From contig JBDRIM010000075.1 in assembly GCA_043816005.1 (NCBI GenBank), positions 1 to 18,916 on the forward strand: a stretch of DNA of 18,916 bases, read 5' to 3'. The DNA is from Candidatus Micrarchaeota archaeon (GTDB lineage: Archaea > Micrarchaeota > Micrarchaeia > Anstonellales > Bilamarchaeaceae). Below the pieces are notes generated by a model. That model was not told the DNA's origin and made no database searches. It worked only from the letters and a program-made list of their open reading frames with translations. Positions 1 to 7,814 of the stretch are shown piece by piece. Position 1 is the first letter of the stretch. Each line of letters begins with the position of its first letter. The position numbers and the translations under genes were made by a program.

Positions 1-485
1 GCATAATGAATGGAATTGATGCAGTAGTATTGGCAACCGGAAATGATTGGAGATCTGTAGAAGCTGGCGCCCACCCATATGCTGCACTCGGAGGATATCA
101 TTCACTTACGCATTATTATAAAAATGAGAATGGAGACCTCGTTGGAAGTATAGAATTGCCATTAGCAGTAGCAACCGTAGGTCCGGCAATAAATAGCAGC
201 CCAACTGCAAAAACTGCACTTAAGATAATGGGCATTAAAACATCAAAGGAACTCGCAATGGCAATGGCCTCTGTTGGCCTTGCTAATAATTTTGCTGCAT
301 TAATGGCACTAAGTACGGTTGGAATACAAAAGGGTCATATGAAACTTCATGCAAGAAATGTTGCACTTTATGCAGGTGCAACCGCAGAAGAAAGTGAAAA
401 GGTTGCTGATATTTTGAGTAAACAAAAGAATTTTGATATTGAGAATGCAAAGAAAGTAATCAAAGAGGTAAGGGGTGAAAAATGA
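1..485 (+). CDS. mvaA: Hydroxymethylglutaryl-CoA reductase, class II (bacterial-type); 5'-truncated by window edge
   Basis: Frame is open to the window start (ATA ATG AAT GGA ATT GAT = IMNGID of the HNKGIMNGID motif). Also ATGNDWRSVEAGAH, GLANNFAAL and GIQKGHMKLHARN (catalytic His region), typical of class II HMGR C-termini. Confidence 0.93.
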   Translation, partial: IMNGIDAVVLATGNDWRSVEAGAHPYAALGGYHSLTHYYKNENGDLVGSIELPLAVATVGPAINSSPTAKTALKIMGIKTSKELAMAMASVGLANNFAALMALSTVGIQKGHMKLHARNVALYAGATAEESEKVADILSKQKNFDIENAKKVIKEVRGEK

Positions 486-1453
486 TCCTGTACTATTTTG
501 GATTTGCTCTGATTTCATTTTTTGTTTCTTTCATGCTGACAAAGGCATTAGTACCACGCCTTAAAAGATTTGGAATAACTGGTCGGGATGAAAACAAGGC
601 GAATGCACCAGAAGTATCTGAAATGGGTGGTATTGCTATAGTTGCAGGTTTTAGTGCTGGAATTCTACTTGCCATTTTTATGAACTCATTTTTCGGATTT
701 CAATTTAATCTTCTTCATGTTCTTGCTGCGCTAATAACAATACACTCAATTGCATTCATCGGGATGACAGATGATCTTCTTTATCTTCCACAGTGGTTAA
801 AGGCTATATTACCATTATTCGCAGCAATTCCACTGGTTGCTATACAAGCAACTGCAAGTACGATGATGACCATACCATTTATTGGAGCAGTAGATTTTGG
901 CATACTTTACTTGTTTGTTCTGGTACCAATAGGAGTAGCTGTTGCTTCGAACTTAACTAATATGCTTGCTGGTTTCAATGGAATGGAAACTGGGATGGGT
1001 GCGGTAATGTTTGCTACCCTCGCGATAGTCGGACTTGTAAATGGTTCAACTGAGGTTGTGATTCTTTCCACATCCATGTTTGCAGCAATGTTGGCATTTT
1101 TAGCATTCAACATTTACCCTGCAAAAATATTTCCAGGAGATGTTGGAAACTTAACAATAGGAGTTGTCCTTGCCAGTACCGTTATAATCGGCAATATGGA
1201 AACCGCAGGAGCAATATTAGTAATACCATATGTGATTGACTTTTTTATAAAAGCAAAGAATGGTTTCCCTCACACCCACCAAGTAGTAAAAGGAGGAAAC
1301 AAACTTTATCCAAAAGATGGAAGAGTAAAAGGTTTTGTTCACTTGGTAATGAAGATGTTTGGAGGTATAAGCGAGCGTAAATTAGTATTGGTTTTCGTTG
1401 GGATCGAAGCATTTTTTGCATTGATTGTAATTCTACTCTATGTTCGATTTTAA
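482..1453 (+). CDS. Polyprenyl-phosphate N-acetylhexosamine-1-phosphate transferase (AglH/GPT-like, MraY/glycosyltransferase family 4)
   Basis: Multi-pass membrane protein with GRDENK...EMGG, GMTDD, NLTNMLAGFNGME and FNIYPAKIFPGDVG motifs. ATGA overlap with the upstream stop; GGTGA SD just upstream. Confidence 0.9.
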   Translation: MILYYFGFALISFFVSFMLTKALVPRLKRFGITGRDENKANAPEVSEMGGIAIVAGFSAGILLAIFMNSFFGFQFNLLHVLAALITIHSIAFIGMTDDLLYLPQWLKAILPLFAAIPLVAIQATASTMMTIPFIGAVDFGILYLFVLVPIGVAVASNLTNMLAGFNGMETGMGAVMFATLAIVGLVNGSTEVVILSTSMFAAMLAFLAFNIYPAKIFPGDVGNLTIGVVLASTVIIGNMETAGAILVIPYVIDFFIKAKNGFPHTHQVVKGGNKLYPKDGRVKGFVHLVMKMFGGISERKLVLVFVGIEAFFALIVILLYVRF

Positions 1454-2157
1454 TTTTTTCCAGGATTTAATAACTTCGAAATTTCTTTCCCGTCTTTCAA
1501 TTTTTCATATTCTTCAACACGTCCAATGTCTACCCATACGCCTTTCTCAATTTTATATGCACAAATCTTTTTGCCTTTTGACAATAGCCGAGGAAAAACA
1601 TCTTTAGCAAAATCTTCCTTATCATTGATAAAATCGAATATTTCAGGTGATAGAACATACGCACCGATATTGATATAGTGTTCAAGTTCAGGCTTTTCCT
1701 GAAATGCAATTATTTCCCCATCTTTTGTTTGTGCCACCCCGTAGGGGATCTTTGTCGTGTGTTTCAGAAGTGCAACAGTAGCAATGGCACCACTTTTTTT
1801 ATGTACATCAATCATTGCTTTTAGATCTATGTTCATTATTGCATCGCCCATGATCACAAAGAATGGTTCTTTTGGACGTTCGGTTGTAAGTATAGAACCT
1901 GCAGTTCCAAGAGCCTCTTTTTCTATAGTATACGCTATTTTCATACCAAATTTTTGCCCATTTGAAAAATATTCAGATATTTTTTCATGTAGATAGCCAA
2001 CAGTTAGCACAACATCATTGATTCCATTTACTTTCAAGTGGTCCAATACGTAATGCAATATAGGTTTTCCACCAACAAGAAGCATGGGTTTTGGAGTAGT
2101 ATATGTATGTGGTCTGAGCCGTGTTCCTTCGCCGCCAGCTATAATAAATGCCTTCAT
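1450..2157 (-). CDS. NDP-sugar pyrophosphorylase / nucleotidyltransferase family protein
   Basis: N-terminal AGGEGTRLRPHT...PKPML signature, E..LGTAG, GD, YGV, FQEKP, INIGAY and WVDIG motifs. No hexapeptide (LbH) tail. Confidence 0.92.
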   Translation of the reverse strand: MKAFIIAGGEGTRLRPHTYTTPKPMLLVGGKPILHYVLDHLKVNGINDVVLTVGYLHEKISEYFSNGQKFGMKIAYTIEKEALGTAGSILTTERPKEPFFVIMGDAIMNIDLKAMIDVHKKSGAIATVALLKHTTKIPYGVAQTKDGEIIAFQEKPELEHYINIGAYVLSPEIFDFINDKEDFAKDVFPRLLSKGKKICAYKIEKGVWVDIGRVEEYEKLKDGKEISKLLNPGKN

Positions 2158-2175
2158 ATCAAAACCTTAAGTTTA

Positions 2176-2793
2176 TTATCTTATAAAATAGTACCCAATA
2201 AGCGCCCCAACCAAAGAACAAATGAAATTGGTAGTCCCTTTTGTTCCTATTCCGCGTTCTTCTAAAATACCAAACAACGTATCAAATATTGCTCCAATCA
2301 TACCTGCAATTGAGACAAGTAACGCACTGGTAGGATCAAGATTGAAGAGGAATATTGAAAAAAAACCTATAGAACTTGCACCCGCAAAAGAACCAATAGT
2401 ACCTACAACACTCATTGCCCCGCTTGTTCCTGGTTTAACATGCTTGAAATTGAATAAAGAAATCGGATCATTTGGATCAAGCACTCCGATTTCAGAACCG
2501 AATTTATCTGCCATAACAGCAGCCAATGATGAAATAAATGGAAGTGGTCCTATAATTGGACTTAATAATGCTAGAACAGAAGGTAGAAAACCATTTGATA
2601 AGACATTCTCCCAGCCACGCTCATGTTCATAAAGTCCAAGATCTCGCTTTAATTCATATTCGTATTTTGTAACAATCACTGCAAGAACAAAAAAGATTAA
2701 CATAAGTGCTAGGTAATTGGAACCACCAAAAACAAAAAGAATAAAACCAAAAAAAATGGCGAGTAAAACGCCTTTGGCATCGAGTATTTTCAT
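2176..2793 (-). CDS. DUF92 (TMEM19/VTE6-like) integral membrane protein
   Basis: Hydrophobic protein with RGWENVLSNG, ADKFGSEIG, V.PGTSGAMSVVGT, DT.FG...E and TNFICS motifs characteristic of DUF92. Confidence 0.88.
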   Translation of the reverse strand: MKILDAKGVLLAIFFGFILFVFGGSNYLALMLIFFVLAVIVTKYEYELKRDLGLYEHERGWENVLSNGFLPSVLALLSPIIGPLPFISSLAAVMADKFGSEIGVLDPNDPISLFNFKHVKPGTSGAMSVVGTIGSFAGASSIGFFSIFLFNLDPTSALLVSIAGMIGAIFDTLFGILEERGIGTKGTTNFICSLVGALIGYYFIR

Positions 2794-2800
2794 AATACCG

Positions 2801-3133
2801 CTATTTCTGTAGTTTTATCTCAATGGACGACACTTTATTCATTGATCCGTCTTCTGATGCAAGTTCTTCAGTTGAGATTATAATATCTTGGATTTTTGCA
2901 TTCGGCATAAATCTATGACGAACAATCTCAACAACATCCACTGCTCTTGATATCAGTTTTCCACGAGCCTTTACACAAACATCAGTTGCGCCGTTGTTAA
3001 ATTGTGTAACAACAGCAAGTACATATCCCATAGTTCCTTTTTTTCCTACGTATACTGTATTGTCGTCTCTTCGTTTTTCATGTTGGACCGGTACTTCAGT
3101 AGTTTGAACCGGTACTTCTGTATGTTCTTCCAT
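2801..3133 (-). CDS. albA: DNA/RNA-binding chromatin protein Alba
   Basis: [31 protein letters not shown] and VSSIEI motifs. GAGGTGA SD 4 nt before the ATG. Confidence 0.95.
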   Translation of the reverse strand: MEEHTEVPVQTTEVPVQHEKRRDDNTVYVGKKGTMGYVLAVVTQFNNGATDVCVKARGKLISRAVDVVEIVRHRFMPNAKIQDIIISTEELASEDGSMNKVSSIEIKLQK

Positions 3134-3179
3134 GCTTTCACCTCTGAATGTCTAATAAACTTAAGATAGAAAGACCCGA

Positions 3180-3198
3180 CAAACAATATAAATGTTTG
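3180..3198 (-). promoter_or_regulatory. Putative TATA box for the alba operon within a short inverted repeat
   Basis: Minus strand reads CAAACA-TTTATAT-TGTTTG, about 55 nt upstream of the albA ATG. Confidence 0.35.
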
Positions 3199-3323
3199 CA
3201 ATATACGACGCCAATGGGTGTTTTACGTCATATTAATTGCAGAAAGAATCGCGAATTACAACATATATTATAAACAGTTACTACTATCTAAAGTAACAAA
3301 ATTGAATAGCTAGGTGAATTACC

Positions 3324-4884
3324 ATCAAAAGATTAGAACAAGATAACTATCTTAGAAAGCTTGCCGAACTTAGACCAAGAGTAAGAGCAAACAGTGCAAT
3401 ATTAGATGGTAGAGAACAATCACTAAAAGACACATGGCCAAGAGTTTTAGCTGCAGCAGTTGCTGTTGAAGGAAGGATGCCGAATGGACTTCCACTAAGA
3501 CGATTTGATTCTGGAAATTTTCCGAGATATTTCCCAGGGGTTGTTGTTCCTGAGGTAAGAGATGCTATGCTTGAATCATTAAGATATACACCTGATTGCG
3601 ATGATGCAGTAAGCGGAGAGTATTTAAAAGATTTGCAAACTCAACGAGAGAGGATAGCACAATATTATAGAGTAACTGATCCAGGCCATATTTTTTTCAC
3701 TGCTGGAATAAGTGGAGCGATACAAACAATCCAACAATTACTTTTACTCAATACAGGAATGCACGTGGCAATTCCTAATTTAACATATCCAACTCATCTT
3801 GCAGTAGCAACAATGCTAGTAGGAAGAGGTGGAATTGATCCAATTGAACGCAACCCTAAAACTGGACTGCCAGATGTTGATAGATATGATGAACGAAATA
3901 ATCCATTTAGATTGGCAGGATTAGCCACCGTAGTAACTCATGAAAATCCATTGCCAATAGTTCACACACCAGAAGTTTATAGAAATGATAGAATGACCGG
4001 ATTATTTGATTTGGCCGAACAGGCCACATTAAGAGATGGAATATTAAGGCCATTTGTAGTTGACGTCATTTATATGTCTATGTCATGGCCAGAGAGACAA
4101 TTAACCATAGACAATCTGATAAAACTTGCTGATGAAAAACACATATTAATATTTACGAATAGCGCCTCTAAAGTTATGCTTGAGCCTGGGAAACGGGCAG
4201 GGGTTATTGCAGTCTATGTCCCAACAAAATTAAGAGGATATGCTGCTGGTGGATTGATAAGAGGACTTGAATCGATGTTCGATCTTGGATTGAATCCACA
4301 GTCATACACGTCAGTTGAGGGTCTTGTTGCAGCTCATGATATTTTTATTGCAGAACGAAATGGAACAGCCCACCCCACACTTAATTACATACGAAATGAA
4401 GCACGACGAAGATTTATCGGGGATGATGGGTATTGGGGGTAATCAGAAGTTCATGGTTGAACTATCCCCTCATTTAAGAGCACTATACCCAGAAATAGCA
4501 ATTGAAAGCAGTGGGTATAACACATTTGTAGTTCGTGGTGAAAATTTACCATGGCTTAAAACTACATATAAAGAACTGATATTGAGTAGAGTTAGAGCTA
4601 TGATGGAGCGAGTAGGTAATCATGAAGCAGTATCTGCATATGATGATTACGTAACTCGAGTTCCTCCAGCAAGAATGGGTGCCTCAGATATTTTATGTGC
4701 TGATTTGCTTATGGAAACGGGAGTACTATTTCCTCCAATAGATAGATTCTATGTTCTCGGAACAGAACCAGTAGGATTGGTTGGGTTTAGACCAGTTATG
4801 ATAGCAACTCCAAATGAATTCAGGGAAATTGGCGAATTGATAAAGGAATTCTTTGAGTTAAGACTTGATAGAAGAGTGATGTAG
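3324..4884 (+). pseudogene. PLP-dependent aminotransferase class I/II-fold gene split by a +1 frameshift (ORFs 3477..4442 and ~4438..4884)
   Basis: Frame 1 has FTAGISGAI, P.YP, ENP, VVDVIY and the PLP-lysine motif NSASKVMLEPGKRAG. The +1 frame continues with SGYNTF, LLMETGVLFPP...F...GFR (small domain with the conserved Arg). The break is at TAT TGG GGG TAA (4431-4442). The frame is open upstream to 3318, after an AGGTGA SD. It may be a pseudogene, a recoded gene or a sequencing error. Confidence 0.7.
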
Positions 4885-5224
4885 TTTTAACTATTTTTAT
4901 GAAAATAATGGCATAAATCACATAAACCTATCGAAAATCAATTAAAAAATAATAGTTGATTTCATTTTATTTGTAAAATTTTACATGAAAATCCGGAAAC
5001 TATATAAATCTTTAATAATAAATATGGATTACAGAAAATGAAGTTTCATTTTCAGAGGGAGGTGTTGACACTTGATAAATGTAGAAATATTATCAATTGG
5101 ACCACTATTTCGAGAGTTGGATTATCGGTGGGTATGGCAGTACACAAAGCACCCTCCATTTTCAAAACATAGCCCTTTGCTCTCTTAACCATTATTTTAA
5201 TGGTTTTGAAGCAATAACCAGGAT

Positions 5225-6106
5225 ATGGTTTGGGTAAATTTTCTAGCACCGATAGATGAATACACTAATGTACCATTTCGAATTTTGTGTCAAAAATACG
5301 GCGCAGAAGCAACCTGCATACCATTAGTAAATTCAACTGCAGTTGCAAGAGGAAAATTTTTGTTTGATGTTAATGAGGATGAAAAAAATCTCGGAGTGCA
5401 ATTGGTTGGAGATGATCCGGTTGATATTGGTAAAAGCACACAAATTCTAAATAAAATTTCATCTTTTAAATGGTTTAATCTTAATTGCGGTTGTCCATCT
5501 TTACGCACTAGAGAAAGCGGAGGAGGAAGCGCATTGCTCGATCGCCCTGAGATTATCGTCGAATCAATAAAAGAGATGAAAAAGAATACAGACAAATTTG
5601 TTAGCGTTAAGATAAGATTAACAGGTACCGCTCAAGAGACAATTGAACTTTGTAAAAAGATCCAGACTGCAAATGTTGATTTCATAATCATTCATGGAAG
5701 AACGGCAAAACAAGGTTATTCTGGAAAATGCAACTGGGATACAATAAAGAAAATCAAGGAACATATTGATGTTCCAGTTGTAGGCAATGGAGACATTAAT
5801 TCAATAGAAGATGGAAATAAACTGGTAAAAAATAAATATTGTGATTCGTTTATGATTGGCAGGGCTGCTATGACCAACCCACTTATTTTCGCTGGAAAAC
5901 AACACTGTGATTATGATAGTAAAATATTATTACTTCAAGAATACTTAGAATTGTACCAAAGATACGTTGGAAACCCAGAAATATCAGATCTGAAACTCAA
6001 AGCAGTGAATTTTATTAGTGGTGTACCAAACGCATCGCAATTAAGGAACAGAATTTGTAGGGCAAAGACAACAAATGAAATTTCAAGCATATTGGACTTG
6101 AAGTGA
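5225..6106 (+). CDS. dus: tRNA-dihydrouridine synthase (Dus family)
   Basis: LAP....T..PFR, VQLVG, NLNCGCP (catalytic Cys), GGGSALL, VSVKIR, IHGRT..QGYSG, GNGDI and MIGRAAMTNP motifs. Confidence 0.93.
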   Translation: MVWVNFLAPIDEYTNVPFRILCQKYGAEATCIPLVNSTAVARGKFLFDVNEDEKNLGVQLVGDDPVDIGKSTQILNKISSFKWFNLNCGCPSLRTRESGGGSALLDRPEIIVESIKEMKKNTDKFVSVKIRLTGTAQETIELCKKIQTANVDFIIIHGRTAKQGYSGKCNWDTIKKIKEHIDVPVVGNGDINSIEDGNKLVKNKYCDSFMIGRAAMTNPLIFAGKQHCDYDSKILLLQEYLELYQRYVGNPEISDLKLKAVNFISGVPNASQLRNRICRAKTTNEISSILDLK

Positions 6107-6898
6107 CTAAACCCTTCTCAAAAACTTGATTGCAGTCTGCATATGAACAAACGGCATTCTCTGATCTGATTTATCAAAATGACCATAAACAACAGGTCCA
6201 AACGCAAATGAAGGACAAAGTTTATCATAAACCATTGCTTCATCATGACCATGAAAATCTCTCAACGCAACTTTCTGATTCCTAAAACGTTTTACAAATT
6301 GTAATCCAAGTCTCCTAGAAACTGGTCTTGAAAATCCATCAACATAGCAATGGGTTTCATCGGACAAATCAAAAAGTTCATTATAATTATCATTCCAATT
6401 TAACTGATTTTGAGGACGTAAAAGTCCTGGATAGGTCACATCTATTGAAACACAGTAATCTGGTTTTAGTTTTCTTCTTTTAAGTTCTTTGACAATTTCT
6501 CTTGCACTTCTGGCAAACAATCTTGGATGATTTCTTTTGATTTCTTCAGACGCAGTAAAAATATAGATTGATTTACCTTTTTTCGGTCCTTTTTGTGCAA
6601 GTAAAAGATTGATGTAACAACCAACTGCATTGTCAAGTACGCCAACAATAACTTTACGATCATTTTCAGTGACATATCTAAAAACAAGATTGCGAATTCT
6701 TGGATCAACATCAAGATGTGATGAAAACACCCTGAATGGTTTTCCCCTACCTTTCTCTACCCAGATGTTACCGTAACGGTCTACTTTTGGTCTGCATCCC
6801 CGTTTTTTTAGTTCAGTTATCAGATATTTATGACGTGAACCAATTCTTGTGTCGCCATTGAATGGACGTCGGGCGATGCCTTTTATTCCGCCCACCAT
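6107..6898 (-). CDS. Zn-dependent metallohydrolase, M20/M28/M42 peptidase-like fold
   Basis: VDRYGNIWV, SSHLDVD, GVLDNAVG, FTASEE, IDV and a C-terminal His occur in the order of the metal ligands of this clan. Short, with no obvious dimerisation domain. Confidence 0.72.
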   Translation of the reverse strand: MVGGIKGIARRPFNGDTRIGSRHKYLITELKKRGCRPKVDRYGNIWVEKGRGKPFRVFSSHLDVDPRIRNLVFRYVTENDRKVIVGVLDNAVGCYINLLLAQKGPKKGKSIYIFTASEEIKRNHPRLFARSAREIVKELKRRKLKPDYCVSIDVTYPGLLRPQNQLNWNDNYNELFDLSDETHCYVDGFSRPVSRRLGLQFVKRFRNQKVALRDFHGHDEAMVYDKLCPSFAFGPVVYGHFDKSDQRMPFVHMQTAIKFLRRV

Positions 6899-6965
6899 AA
6901 CTATAAACTACTTCCTCGGTCTATAAAAACCTATTTTTTTAAATCTGGACCAACTATAAACAATT

Positions 6966-7769
6966 ATGGCAACACAACTCCAAGTTCATCCTGAAACACT
7001 TAAAGCAGCAAAAGAAGCCATTTTAGCTACAATCCCTCCAGATGCAGTTCAACATTTTGATAGATTTATGAGAAATGTAGTTATTGAACAAATAAAAGCT
7101 AGAGGTGGAACTTCTTCTCCTGACCTGGTAAATGCATATATGCATAAACTTCTTGGAGATAGTGCTATAGTTAAAGCTTATTTTAGAAACGAATTAGAAA
7201 AACCCTCTGTTTTTCAGCAGATTGCCCAAAAAGCATTTACAAAAGATGATGATGGATATATTACTTTGAATTCTGGGGCACTTGATAGAGAAATAGGGGA
7301 GTGGATAAAAACCACAGTACCACCTGGAGCAAATACCACAGACATGCGATCTATTTTGTATTCTGAATATATGGGACGTTTTGAAACTAGTAGACCCAAA
7401 CTTGCAATGATACCAACTAAGATCGAACAAAAAAAGGATGCATATGCATTACTTAAAGAACAAGGAATAATAGTAAACGTTACTCAAACAGATGTTGAAG
7501 ATAGCGACGGTTATCGCAATATGGTTGTAAGGATACAAGGAACTAATGATAGATCTAGCATATTATTCTTATCAGAAGGTGGGTTGAAAAATAATGAACC
7601 ACTTTCCAGGCGTTTTGAAGATCAACTTACAGAACATATTCGACAGAAAGGGTATACGGGACCGGATTTAGATAGTCGGCAAATTGCACTTGTTGCAGCT
7701 TATTGCACAGAAGAATTCAACTGGCATGCTAGGATGATGGCTGAAGCACAAAAACACGAAGAGAATTGA
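6966..7769 (+). CDS. Hypothetical protein
   Basis: 267-aa ORF with natural soluble composition filling the gap between flanking genes. No motif recognised. Confidence 0.75.
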   Translation: MATQLQVHPETLKAAKEAILATIPPDAVQHFDRFMRNVVIEQIKARGGTSSPDLVNAYMHKLLGDSAIVKAYFRNELEKPSVFQQIAQKAFTKDDDGYITLNSGALDREIGEWIKTTVPPGANTTDMRSILYSEYMGRFETSRPKLAMIPTKIEQKKDAYALLKEQGIIVNVTQTDVEDSDGYRNMVVRIQGTNDRSSILFLSEGGLKNNEPLSRRFEDQLTEHIRQKGYTGPDLDSRQIALVAAYCTEEFNWHARMMAEAQKHEEN

Positions 7770-7814
7770 TAGGATAACCTCAATCTAAATAAATGTTTAC
7801 CTCGAAATAGGCAC

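Noticed and set aside
4315..4884. Independent 189-aa gene starting at TTG 4315
   Set aside because: The first 41 codons overlap the upstream frame. The remainder is the missing C-terminal domain of the aminotransferase.
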